64,000 nucleotides of DNA from Rickettsiales bacterium (GTDB lineage: Bacteria > Pseudomonadota > Alphaproteobacteria > Rs-D84), in NCBI GenBank assembly GCA_031260805.1, contig JAISKV010000007.1, positions 4,822 through 68,821 on the forward strand, in the 5' to 3' direction. This document shows positions 36,403-45,555 of the stretch, in pieces (within the stretch, counting starts at the first letter, position 1; each line of letters opens with the position of its first letter). A program made the translations under genes and the position numbers. The notes under the pieces are model-generated. The model worked only from the letters and a program-made list of their open reading frames with translations, was not told the origin of the DNA and ran no database searches.

Positions 36403-36682
36403 AATTCCAGCCGCCGACTATACAGTTCAGGCCCAATGCCGATGAATTGTTGCCGATCAGGAATGACATCGCCGCGCCGATCAAGAACAATACCGCCAGA
36501 CCGATAATCATCGCGATAATCTTGGGCTTGTCCCCGTCATCTTTCATAGAAAATTTTCCAGCAGTGATCCAGCCCCATGCCCAGTTGGCAATAATAAACG
36601 CCGCGCCGATAAACGCCAGCATGCGCAGTGTCTTGAACACCCCCTGCAAGGAACCAATCAAATCGCAAATTGCACTGTTCAT
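36401..36682 (-). CDS. Small two-TM membrane protein, unknown function
   Basis: 93 aa. Two hydrophobic helices separated by the charged loop KFSMKDDGDKPK. Own terminator. Confidence 0.5.
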   Translation of the reverse strand: MNSAICDLIGSLQGVFKTLRMLAFIGAAFIIANWAWGWITAGKFSMKDDGDKPKIIAMIIGLAVLFLIGAAMSFLIGNNSSALGLNCIVGGWN

Positions 36683-36796
36683 AATAAAACCTCTTTTTGT
36701 ATTTGCCTTTATTATATCAGAAAAAGCGGGAAGTAAAAAGTGAAAAGTGAAGGTGAATGTGCAGTCATTCCTACACCCACACCTACACCTACACCT

Positions 36797-36946
36797 TCAC
36801 TTCGGCATGTTTCCAAAATTCGGCGGGACAATCAGTTTGTGATTTTGTTCCACTATCGGCTCCCGCTCGCAATTGCAGCAGCCGGCGACTGCGCATACGA
36901 TTGCAATGAATAATGAACAATGAATAATGAACAACGCTTTTTTCAT
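36797..36946 (-). CDS. 49-aa putative lipoprotein translationally coupled to thrS (below the ORF-track size cutoff)
   Basis: Hand-translated as MKKALFIIHCSLFIAIVCAVAGC-CNCEREPIVEQNHKLIVPPNFGNMPK. Lipobox VAGC. ATG lies 2 nt after the thrS TAA, with GAGGTG 6 nt upstream. Confidence 0.5.
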   Translation of the reverse strand: MKKALFIIHCSLFIAIVCAVAGCCNCEREPIVEQNHKLIVPPNFGNMPK

Positions 36947-36948
36947 AT

Positions 36949-38706
36949 TTACACCTCTAAATCCCGGTTTTTTATTTTGTCCGTCAACTGCGCGGCAAAG
37001 TCATCCAGCGCGACCCCGTTTGTCTGGACATTATCGCGCGTGCGCAGCGAAACAGTTCCATTCGCCTGCTCCTTCTCGCCAACGATTATCATGTACGGCA
37101 CCTGCTTTAACTGCGCGTTGCGGATTTTCTTTTGCATGGACTCGCTCGTAAAGTCTGTTTCTATGCGCAGTCCTGTTGTCGCCGTGCGGATTTCAACCGC
37201 GCGCAATTTGTCGGCGACAGCCTGCGCATATTCCCGGTACTGATCCGAAATCGGAATCACAACCGCATGCACCGGGGCCAGCCACACAGGCAGTTTGCCC
37301 GCCAGATGTTCCAGTATGATTCCCAAAAACCGCCCCAGAGATCCGTAAATAACGCGATGGATTATAATCGGCGTTTTCTTGTCCCCGTTGCTGTCCGTGT
37401 AAACGCATCCGAAATTGCGCGGCAATTGAAAGTCCAGCTGCACCGTTCCGCACTGCCACTCGCGGCCAATGCTGTCCGTTATCTGTATGTCCAGTTTCGG
37501 GCCGTAAAACGCGCCGTCTTTATCCTTTATCCCGAATCCGTCCGCGCCGAATCGCTGGGTCAGAATCTTTTTCAGAATGCTCTCCGCGTGATCCCAGGTT
37601 TCAATGTCGCCCATAAAGTCATCGGGGCGCGTTGACAATTTCACAGAGTATTTGATATCAAACAACTTGTAATAATCCGCTACGATATCCAGAATCCGGT
37701 TATACTCGTCCTCTATCATATCCTCGCTGATGAAAATGTGCGCGTCATCCTGATTGAATTCATATGTCCGGAACAGCCCGTTCAGCGCGCCGCTGGACTC
37801 GTGCCGGTACAGCATGTCCGCATCCGCGATGCGCAGCGGCAGATCGTTATAACTGCGGCTGGCATGCTGGTACATGACAATCGCATTCGGGCAGGACATC
37901 GGCGCCATGGCGAAAGTATTATTTTCATCTTCCTGAAAAATAAACATGTCTTCATGGTAATGATCCCAGTGGCCGGATGTTTCGTACAATTCTTTCTTGT
38001 TCATCAGCGGGCTGCGGAATTCCACATAGCCATGCTGCTCGTGATAATGCGACCAAAAGTTATAGAGTTCGCGGTACACAATCCAGCCATGCGGCAGATA
38101 GTACGGAATGCCCGGACTGCGGCTGTCAAAGAAAAACAAGTCCAGCGCCGGGCCCAGTTTCCGGTGGTCGCGCTTGGCCGCTTCTTCCATCATCGTCAGA
38201 TGCACGTTCAATTCATCCGCGGTCGCAAAGGCGTCGCAATAAATCCGTTGCAGCATTTTGTTCTTGGAATCGCCCTTCCAGTACGCGCCGGCGACAGACC
38301 GGATTTTCCAGGAATCGCGCGGCAGATCCTTGCCGGAATCCACATGCGGCCCGCGGCACAAATCCGCAAACCCGCGGAATTCATAGTCGGACAGCGCGTC
38401 CCCGGCCGCATCGTATTCGTTCAGCCATTCCATTTTGTAAGGCTGGTCCGCGAATTTTTCCTTGGCCGCGTCCAGCGTCAGTTCGTGCCGCTCGAACCGG
38501 CCGCCGCCCTTGATTAATTCGCGCATTTCTTTTTCAATCGCGGCAAAGTCTTCTTCGGAAAACCGATGCGCGGTGTCAAAGTCGTAATAAAACCCGTTCT
38601 CTATCGCGGGACCACCCGCGAACTTGACATCAGGATATAATTTTTGCACCGCCGCCGCCATAACATGCGCCAGCGAATGCCGTATAATTTCTATTGGATA
38701 AGACAT
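36949..38706 (-). CDS. thrS: Threonyl-tRNA synthetase (lacks the N-terminal TGS domain)
   Basis: 585 aa. Starts in the editing/SAD region (IRHSLAHVMAAAV), class II core (RIADADMLYRHESSGALNGLFRTYEFNQDDAHIF), anticodon-binding C-terminus. Confidence 0.9.
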   Translation of the reverse strand: MSYPIEIIRHSLAHVMAAAVQKLYPDVKFAGGPAIENGFYYDFDTAHRFSEEDFAAIEKEMRELIKGGGRFERHELTLDAAKEKFADQPYKMEWLNEYDAAGDALSDYEFRGFADLCRGPHVDSGKDLPRDSWKIRSVAGAYWKGDSKNKMLQRIYCDAFATADELNVHLTMMEEAAKRDHRKLGPALDLFFFDSRSPGIPYYLPHGWIVYRELYNFWSHYHEQHGYVEFRSPLMNKKELYETSGHWDHYHEDMFIFQEDENNTFAMAPMSCPNAIVMYQHASRSYNDLPLRIADADMLYRHESSGALNGLFRTYEFNQDDAHIFISEDMIEDEYNRILDIVADYYKLFDIKYSVKLSTRPDDFMGDIETWDHAESILKKILTQRFGADGFGIKDKDGAFYGPKLDIQITDSIGREWQCGTVQLDFQLPRNFGCVYTDSNGDKKTPIIIHRVIYGSLGRFLGIILEHLAGKLPVWLAPVHAVVIPISDQYREYAQAVADKLRAVEIRTATTGLRIETDFTSESMQKKIRNAQLKQVPYMIIVGEKEQANGTVSLRTRDNVQTNGVALDDFAAQLTDKIKNRDLEV

Positions 38707-38846
38707 GGTAAAAACCTTTGGATTTATGATTTCTGATTTGTGATTTCTGATTTTTGCGCGCGAAAACTTATAACCCCAACGGGGTCGCGGTTGTCAGAAA
38801 GAAAGCAATCAGGTTTTTCATGATGTTGATTCTAGAACTTTTTTTA

Positions 38847-39584
38847 TCAAAAGTCAATGATGCACCCGTACAGCACCGCAAAAAAATGACACACCGTTCC
38901 GCCGATTACCAGCAGATGCCATATCATGTGGGAAAATTTCAGCCTGCGCCACAGGTAAAACACCACCCCCAGCGAGTACGACAATCCGCCGGCCAGCACG
39001 AACCACATGCCGATTGCCGGCACAGTCCTTAACATCTGGGGCAGTATCGCCAGCAGTGTCCATCCCATCAGCAAATATAAAATAACAACCCATCGCGGCT
39101 GATTATTCGGATTCCTGAATTTTATAATCGCGCCCAGAATCGTGATAGCCCACAGCAGGCCGAAGATAGACCAGCCCAGCCCCCCGCGCAGATTCACCAG
39201 ACAGAACGGCGTGTATGTCCCCGCAATCAGAGCGTAAATCGCGACGCTGTCCCAAATCTCAAAAAAACACTCTGACTTTTGCCCGATCATCGCATGGCAC
39301 ATGGTTGATCCGAAATAAAGCGTGAACATGGTCAGGCCAAAGATGGCGCAGGATACAACAGCCCAAATATCGCCATTCAGAACAGCAAAAACTTCCAAAA
39401 TGCACAGCGCGGCAATCGCCAAGCCTATGCCAATGCCGTGTGTTAAAACATCCATGACCCATTCGGACCGCGTGCTGGGCTTTTCCCAGCGGAATAAACC
39501 GGACGCCTGCAAAACGCGGAACAGCCGGTCTGCGCGCGGATTTTTCTTGACGGATTTGAGTTTGATTTTTTTTGATTTTGTCAT
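38847..39584 (-). CDS. Hemolysin III / PAQR family membrane protein
   Basis: 7-TM protein with the C-terminal HxxxH-like HMIWHLLVIGGTVCHFFAV. ATG 39584 (MTKSKKIKL) preferred over the TTG at 39608. Confidence 0.75.
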   Translation of the reverse strand: MTKSKKIKLKSVKKNPRADRLFRVLQASGLFRWEKPSTRSEWVMDVLTHGIGIGLAIAALCILEVFAVLNGDIWAVVSCAIFGLTMFTLYFGSTMCHAMIGQKSECFFEIWDSVAIYALIAGTYTPFCLVNLRGGLGWSIFGLLWAITILGAIIKFRNPNNQPRWVVILYLLMGWTLLAILPQMLRTVPAIGMWFVLAGGLSYSLGVVFYLWRRLKFSHMIWHLLVIGGTVCHFFAVLYGCIIDF

Positions 39585-39684
39585 GTTGAGTGATTCTAGC
39601 AAAAACAAACCCCAAAAGCAAATCTATAAAAAATATAAGCCGGTGTAGCACTGGGATATAGATTCTGATGCGCCGCTGTTTTCA

Positions 39685-40782
39685 TTATTCCTTGAACAAC
39701 TTCTCTTTATTTACGGCAGATTTTACTTCTTCCATAATCTCACGGGCACGGCGCAGCGGAATGTCTGCTTTTTTTGCGACTTCCAGAATGTCCGGTTCGC
39801 TAGGATTCTTACCATTGCCATTTATCATTGTCGCGTGCTCGCCACCCATGCCTTCGGCATAAACCAAATCATAGGCAGGCGACACCTGCCACTTGTCGTT
39901 GTCATATAAAAATGCAAAGTTTTTCGCGTGGTCGTCGCGATTGTGCGAAAACACATTGAAACACATCAGGCGGAACATTTTTTCAACTTCACGCTTGTCG
40001 CGCGTCAAATCAAATGTCGCCCGCATCAAATCGTTGTAATCCAAAATCGGCATTCTGTGGCTGGCATTCAACAACCCGCTTGCGGAAAGCATAAAGATTT
40101 TCGCGCCGCCGCGCCGGTCAAATCGCTGCACGCCGAAATATTTGTTCTCAAACAATTTTGTTTCGGGAACAATAAGGCCGGCGGCGCGGGCAGTCGCCAT
40201 ATAATTAAATTCTATTTTTCCAATATTTTTCGGGTCAATGCCTGCACGAAACTTTATCAGCCATTCAATACCGTCTATATTCAGAAGAACTTTTGGACGC
40301 GCGCCGCCGGAACTGCCGCCGGCAGCAACCAGTTCATCTAAACTTTTTCCATTGTCTGTTTCGTTCAGAATCGCTTCTGCTTCGCGTGCAAGCGTATCCA
40401 AATCAGACATCGCGCCGACACCCGCAAGATTTTCTTCCGGCATGTATTCCAGCGCGCCCATTCCAGTGCTGCCAACAATAGCCAGCCGATCAAGCAGCGA
40501 CACATCAAACGGATTTGTGCCTTTCTTCGTCAGCATCCGATCAATCAGCAGTCGCCCCCAACCGTCGGGCAAAGAATCATTGAATACCCCGAAATTACCG
40601 TCAAACGGCTCACGCGATGCTATAAAAACACGCTTTTCCAAAGGCAGATGAAACGGAGAGATTGAAAACCCGTCGCGCAGCCATTCGGCGTCATATTCAA
40701 ACGCAAGGATGCGGTCCGGCGTTTGTGCCAGCCGTCCGACAAGGCTGCCCCGATAAAAAACATTCAACAATTTATTTTTCAT
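39685..40782 (-). CDS. hipA: HipA-family Ser/Thr kinase toxin (short form)
   Basis: 365 aa. Couple_hipA-like N-terminus, P-loop-like AAGGSSGGARPK, catalytic NRDDHAKNFAF. Confidence 0.8.
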   Translation of the reverse strand: MKNKLLNVFYRGSLVGRLAQTPDRILAFEYDAEWLRDGFSISPFHLPLEKRVFIASREPFDGNFGVFNDSLPDGWGRLLIDRMLTKKGTNPFDVSLLDRLAIVGSTGMGALEYMPEENLAGVGAMSDLDTLAREAEAILNETDNGKSLDELVAAGGSSGGARPKVLLNIDGIEWLIKFRAGIDPKNIGKIEFNYMATARAAGLIVPETKLFENKYFGVQRFDRRGGAKIFMLSASGLLNASHRMPILDYNDLMRATFDLTRDKREVEKMFRLMCFNVFSHNRDDHAKNFAFLYDNDKWQVSPAYDLVYAEGMGGEHATMINGNGKNPSEPDILEVAKKADIPLRRAREIMEEVKSAVNKEKLFKE

Positions 40783-41032
40783 TAATTATATCCTGTATTG
40801 ACTGATAATTCTTGCGCAAGAACAATGCGTCAAAGTCGTTTTCATATCCCAGCACTGATGCAATGCGCAGCAACGAAGTCAGCGAAATCTCGCCGCTGCC
40901 CTCAAAGCGTTTTATTGACCCCAGCGACACGCCCGACCGAGCCGCCATTTCCGATTGGCTGATTTTGCCCTCGCGCCGCCGCGCACGCACCCGCGCTACC
41001 AGACTCTTTTTTATATCTAATATACTAGCCAT
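40772..41032 (-). CDS. hipB: XRE-family HTH antitoxin (HipB-like)
   Basis: 86 aa. HTH ISQSEMAARSGVSLGSIKRFE. 11-nt overlap with hipA. Confidence 0.75.
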   Translation of the reverse strand: MASILDIKKSLVARVRARRREGKISQSEMAARSGVSLGSIKRFEGSGEISLTSLLRIASVLGYENDFDALFLRKNYQSIQDIINEK

Positions 41033-41209
41033 ATCTTATATTTTCCTATGATTCTGTATAAAATATAGCACTTTTTTATCAAAAATCTAGCATAAAATTA
41101 CCCAAAAAACGCGGCGGCAGTTATAACAAAAATAAAGTATATCCAACAAATAAAAAAGGGGCGTATGCCCCATTATCGTCATTATTTTATGTGTGATTTA
41201 AGAAAATCT

Positions 41210-41285
41210 TGGCGTGCCCGGCAGGGGTCGAACCTGCAATCTACTGCTTAGAAGGCAGTTGCATTATCCATTATGCTACGGGCAC
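41210..41285 (-). tRNA. tRNA-Arg (anticodon TCT)
   Basis: Reverse strand GTGCCCG-TA-GCAT-AATGGATA-ATGC-A-ACTGC-CTTCTAA-GCAGT-AGATT-GCAGG-TTCGACC-CCTGC-CGGGCAC-G-CCA. Confidence 0.9.
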
Positions 41286-41337
41286 AATATTGCCATTTTA
41301 CAGCAAAATCTTGCAAAATCAACGCGTTTCTGGATTT

Positions 41338-41532
41338 TTATTTCACAGCCGTCGCTTTCATCGCCTGCCGCTGTTGCTGGAACATTTCCATCAAGCGCTG
41401 CGCTTGGGCGATCAAGTCAAAATCCAACGGATGAATAATTCCGAAATTATTCAATCGGGGCGCGGCATACTCGCCCATTTCGCGCACCAGTTTTCTTGCC
41501 CGCATGTATGCCTTATATGATATCTGTGTCAT
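41338..41532 (-). CDS. Hypothetical 64-aa protein (weak call)
   Basis: ORF overlapping the gltX 3' end by 20 nt. No clear SD and no motif. Kept only because it fills the gltX-tRNA gap on the same strand. Confidence 0.25.
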   Translation of the reverse strand: MTQISYKAYMRARKLVREMGEYAAPRLNNFGIIHPLDFDLIAQAQRLMEMFQQQRQAMKATAVK

Positions 41533-43102
41533 TTTTCGTCAACCTTTGTCTAACTCTCGCTTCCCCCATAACCTGCATGATAGAGTATAAATCCGGCGTT
41601 TGCCTGCGCCCGGTCAATGCCGCGCGCAACGCCATCGCCGCTTCGCCGTTTTTAATCCCGAGCTCATCTGCAATCGCGACAATTTTACCCCACCAAATAT
41701 CTTTATCATCGGAAATGTCAAATGTTTCCAAGAATTTATTTATTACATTCTGCTGTACGCCGCCCGCCGCCTGCTGTCCGTCAAAGAAATAACTTACCTC
41801 GTCCAGCGTCTGCGACCAGCAGACAAAGTCCTTGCGAACCCGGTCCGTATTCACCCTTTCAATATCAAATATTTTTTCCAGATATTCGCGGTTGTTTTCC
41901 AGACGCGCCGAATTTTCAGGCGACCAGGTTCGCGCCCATGCGACGATATTTTCATAAATTTCCGCCGCATTCAGCGCACCGATATGTTCGCGCGAAAACC
42001 AATCCAATTTCGCCATGTCAAATATCGCGCCGCTGGCCGACATCTTGTCAATCCGCATGTCAAAGTCCCAGACCGTCTTTTTCGGATTGTCGCGGATAAA
42101 TTCTTCATACCCCGAATTTATCAGGTTCATGCAATAGCCCAAGACTGCATCCCGCGGATATCCGGACTTCATAAAAAATTCAACATTTGTTTCCGGATCC
42201 TTGCGCTTGGACAACTTGCGGCGGTTCCCCCGGTCCAATTTGTCAATGGTTGACGGATGCATGTACAATGGCGGATTCCAGCCGATCATGCGGAACAGTT
42301 GGATATGCAGCGGCAATGAAGCCAGCCACTCGGTCGTGCGCACGACATGTGTGGTCCGCATAAAGTGGTCGTCGCACAGATGCGCGAAGTGATATGTCGG
42401 CAGACCGTCCGATTTTATAATCGGAATGTCCAGATCATTTTCCGGAAATTCAATGTCGCCGCGAATCAAATCGTTACAGACAATCGTGCGCGCCGCGTCC
42501 CCTGTGGAGTACAGCCGTATTACAAGACTTTTTCCGGCATCCAGATTCGCGGCAATCTGGTCATTCGTCAAATCGCGGTCCCGCGCGTACGCGCCGTAAA
42601 TCCCGGGACGCGCGCGGTTTGTCTTTTGTGATTCGCGGATTGTCGCAATTTCATCCTGGGTCATAAAGCACGGGTACGCCAGGCCGCGCCGCAGGAATTC
42701 CGCAGCGACGCAGTCGTAAATTTCCTTTCTTTCCGATTGCAGGTAAGGACCGTATGCGCCGCCCGCGCCCTGGCCTTCATCAGGATTCAATCCGAAATAA
42801 TTCAGCCCGTCCATTATGATTTTGTCAGCGCCGGGAACAGTGCGCGCCGTATCGGTGTCTTCCAGCCGCAGATAGAAAACGCCGCCGCTGGCCGCGGTCA
42901 GTTTCTTGGCAATCAAGGCCTGGTAAACCGTTCCCGTATGCATAAAGCCCGTGGGCGACGGAGCGACGCGCGACACGACCGCGCCTGACGCCAGGCTGCG
43001 CGGCGGATACCGGTCTTCCAGTTCCGCGATTGAGTGCGCCGCGCCCGGCAGCACTCGTTTGATTAATTGTTCTGATAATGGTTGTCTTGTCATGAAATCC
43101 AT
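41513..43102 (-). CDS. gltX: Glutamyl-tRNA synthetase (divergent HIGH motif)
   Basis: RVAPSPTGFMHTGT (HIGH-equivalent) and RKLSKRK (KMSKS). Start is ambiguous: ATG 43102 or 43093. The track GTG at 43156 would overlap divergent trmB. Confidence 0.85.
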   Translation of the reverse strand: MDFMTRQPLSEQLIKRVLPGAAHSIAELEDRYPPRSLASGAVVSRVAPSPTGFMHTGTVYQALIAKKLTAASGGVFYLRLEDTDTARTVPGADKIIMDGLNYFGLNPDEGQGAGGAYGPYLQSERKEIYDCVAAEFLRRGLAYPCFMTQDEIATIRESQKTNRARPGIYGAYARDRDLTNDQIAANLDAGKSLVIRLYSTGDAARTIVCNDLIRGDIEFPENDLDIPIIKSDGLPTYHFAHLCDDHFMRTTHVVRTTEWLASLPLHIQLFRMIGWNPPLYMHPSTIDKLDRGNRRKLSKRKDPETNVEFFMKSGYPRDAVLGYCMNLINSGYEEFIRDNPKKTVWDFDMRIDKMSASGAIFDMAKLDWFSREHIGALNAAEIYENIVAWARTWSPENSARLENNREYLEKIFDIERVNTDRVRKDFVCWSQTLDEVSYFFDGQQAAGGVQQNVINKFLETFDISDDKDIWWGKIVAIADELGIKNGEAAMALRAALTGRRQTPDLYSIMQVMGEARVRQRLTKNDTDII

Positions 43103-43117
43103 TCTATACTGAAAAAT

Positions 43118-43759
43118 ATGGAAAATCAAATTATAAGAACATTCGGGCGCATTCACGGGAAAAGGCTGTCCGCGCGCCAGCAGTCATTGCTTGACAACCT
43201 GCTGCCGACCCTGGCGCCGGATACCGATTGCCAAATGCCGGCCGTCATCCTTGAAATCGGATTCGGCGCGGGCGAGCATTTGATGCAACTGGCGCGCGAC
43301 AACCCCGATGCGGCCGTCATCGGGGCCGAGCCGTACATGAACGGCGTCGCGTCGCTGCTGTCCGCAATGACCGAAATTCATAATGATTCGGTGCGGCCTG
43401 AATACAAAAACATACGAATCTGGCCGGATGATGCCCGCAAACTTTTATCGCGCATCAATTATCGCTTTTCGCTTATTTACATCCTGCACCCTGACCCGTG
43501 GCCCAAGGCCCGCCACGAAAAAAGGCGTTTGTGCAATGCTGAATTCTTGACAGAATTGGCGGCGCATCTGGCCCCCGGCGGAAAAATCATAATCGGAACG
43601 GATCACATGGATTACTACGATTGGATTGCAGATCAAGTAAAGCGGATTGAACTGAACGCAGAGCCCTGCGCTATGAACACTATCGCAACGCGTTATCAGC
43701 GCAAAGACATGTTCGGCGCAAACACCACGAAATACATTTCATTAACGCCCGTCGCGTGA
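43118..43759 (+). CDS. trmB: tRNA (guanine46-N7)-methyltransferase
   Basis: SAM-binding LEIGFGAGEH, IYILHPDPWPKARHEKRRL. ATG 43118 (MENQIIR). Confidence 0.85.
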   Translation: MENQIIRTFGRIHGKRLSARQQSLLDNLLPTLAPDTDCQMPAVILEIGFGAGEHLMQLARDNPDAAVIGAEPYMNGVASLLSAMTEIHNDSVRPEYKNIRIWPDDARKLLSRINYRFSLIYILHPDPWPKARHEKRRLCNAEFLTELAAHLAPGGKIIIGTDHMDYYDWIADQVKRIELNAEPCAMNTIATRYQRKDMFGANTTKYISLTPVA

Positions 43760-45517
43760 TTGGGCCAAAGATGTTTCCATCGTGCGGACGGCAGCCTCCA
43801 TCTCGGCAATTTTGATTTTGTAAATCTTGACCTTGGGCAGATTCTCGCTGGCGGTCTTGAAGTTCGCGATCGCCAGTTTGTAATTTTTGATTTTATCGTC
43901 AATCGTCATGGCAGACTCGGCCTTGTGCTGCCGCGCCAGCCCCGCATTATAATAAACGCCGGCCTTGGTTTTTTTATCTTTTGCAACATTCAACGCCTTG
44001 AAATCCGCGGCCACGGACAGCGCGCCGTCGTAATCGCCGTCCTGCACCAGCGCGTATGTCAGATCTGAATACGCGGCCAGATTATTCTTGTCCTGGGCGA
44101 TAACCGCGCGGTATTTTATAACAGCGGAATCAAACTTTTCTTCCTGCAATGCGATTTGCGCCGGCAGAACCGCCAGTTCCGCCGTGTCTTTATTCGCAAC
44201 CGCGACGGCGTCCGCCCATTGCAAAGTCCGGGAGTTGTCAACCTTGCCGGTTCCGACCAATGCGACGACGGCCGGCGGCAGAAAATCGCCGACCTTTCTT
44301 TTCTTGTTGTATTTAGACCTGTTCTTCCAGTCTTGAAATTTAACAGCCAGTTCTGTTTTTACAGTCCGCGGATCGCCGCGGGTGATTAATGATTCCTGGC
44401 TCTCGCGCCATTCATTGAAATAACCGACCGGCGCGTCCAGCAGATCGCACGCCTGCAAATCGCCGGTCAGCAGGCATGCCTCCATCCAGCGATGCTGTTC
44501 CAATCCGCCCCCCCCCGCCAGATAGTTTGCAAACTTGTTCGCGCATACTTTCGCCGAATCGCCGTTCGCCCATGACTGGTACGGGCTCGCGCTGGTCTTG
44601 ATCAGCGGATATTTCACAAACATGCTGTCAATAGCCGCGCGGGTCAGGCTGTCCGCCCTGTACATCTTGCGGAATTCATGCCAGCGGTTTCCCTGCTGTA
44701 TTTTCGCGCTGTCCCCCTCGAATGTTGCCGTCCCGCTGTTGTAAACGGTGTTTCCGAAACTCAAAATTTCATTATAGCCCATCGGCTTGCCGGCATGGCA
44801 GCAATAGACATACAGGGTCATAAAAACCTCGCGGTCGCGGATGTGCTTTTCAACTTCGGCATACGCCTCGCTCTCGGTTATGGGGCTGGTGTCTTTTGAC
44901 ACTTTTGTTCCGTCGGACAGAACGGTTGATCCGAATCCGATCGTCCAGATTCCTTTGGAATCAGTGTACGGCGCGGACCTGAAAGATTCCGGCAACACCA
45001 CGGTGGCGGCCAGGTGCGGCATTATCGGATTTATATTTTGCAAAAATTCCTGATAAGTGTCGGTCGGATGAACCGTGAAATCAACCGCTTCCTTTTTTGA
45101 CTTCCATTCATCCAAATCGTCCTTGGCGGACGACCAGACGCTTTTTATCCCATCAATCATCTTGTCGCCCAGATCCAGTTTGTCGCCCGCATGCAGCGCG
45201 ACCGCAAGGATGGCCCAGTAATACACATGCGCCATGGAATTCGGGAACTTTTTATGAAACGCCGCAATCGCCCTGGCCCGGCCGTCCGGCAATTTTATTT
45301 TGGACAGTTTGTTTTCCAGCGCGCGCAGCGCGTGATTGTCCAACGCCAGGTATTTCACCGCCCACAATGCAAAGCGGGCCATGGCTGCCGCTGAAATGCC
45401 GGCGGCGCGGGCGGCTTTTTTTGTCTTAGTGTCCGGCTGCCATTCGGTAAAAGCCCGCTGGGCTGCGCCTGCAATTTTATGCGGCAAATTGACATATTTC
45501 CTGAATTCTTTACTCAT
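43742..45517 (-). CDS. GH24-like lysozyme domain protein with C-terminal TPR-like repeats
   Basis: 591 aa. PESFRSAPYTDSKGIWTIGFGST resembles the phage-lysozyme E..Y.D..G..TIG.G motif. C-terminal helical repeats (AAYSDLTYALVQDGDYDGAL, VYYNAGLARQ). Internal G9 run (44508-44516). 18-nt convergent overlap with trmB. Confidence 0.5.
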   Translation of the reverse strand: MSKEFRKYVNLPHKIAGAAQRAFTEWQPDTKTKKAARAAGISAAAMARFALWAVKYLALDNHALRALENKLSKIKLPDGRARAIAAFHKKFPNSMAHVYYWAILAVALHAGDKLDLGDKMIDGIKSVWSSAKDDLDEWKSKKEAVDFTVHPTDTYQEFLQNINPIMPHLAATVVLPESFRSAPYTDSKGIWTIGFGSTVLSDGTKVSKDTSPITESEAYAEVEKHIRDREVFMTLYVYCCHAGKPMGYNEILSFGNTVYNSGTATFEGDSAKIQQGNRWHEFRKMYRADSLTRAAIDSMFVKYPLIKTSASPYQSWANGDSAKVCANKFANYLAGGGGLEQHRWMEACLLTGDLQACDLLDAPVGYFNEWRESQESLITRGDPRTVKTELAVKFQDWKNRSKYNKKRKVGDFLPPAVVALVGTGKVDNSRTLQWADAVAVANKDTAELAVLPAQIALQEEKFDSAVIKYRAVIAQDKNNLAAYSDLTYALVQDGDYDGALSVAADFKALNVAKDKKTKAGVYYNAGLARQHKAESAMTIDDKIKNYKLAIANFKTASENLPKVKIYKIKIAEMEAAVRTMETSLAQSRDGR

Positions 45518-45555
45518 TGCAAACCTGTTTTTATTATTGTAGAATTATACCACAA

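Noticed and set aside
36401-36682. The idea that the 93-aa two-TM protein is a VirB2/TrbC-type T4SS pilin
   Set aside because: Its two-helix topology and size fit, but it has no signal peptide and no neighbouring T4SS genes, so the evidence is too weak to call.
37738-38517. 259-aa plus-strand ORF inside thrS (also 37977-38513 and 37132-37635)
   Set aside because: These are shadow ORFs opposite thrS with Arg/Pro-rich nonsense composition.
41209-41520. 103-aa plus-strand ORF
   Set aside because: It starts inside and antisense to tRNA-Arg(TCT), so it is an artefact.
43742-45517. Lysozyme-like gene as evidence of a prophage
   Set aside because: No holin, terminase, capsid, tail or integrase genes are nearby, and the flanks are housekeeping genes (trmB, rarA).
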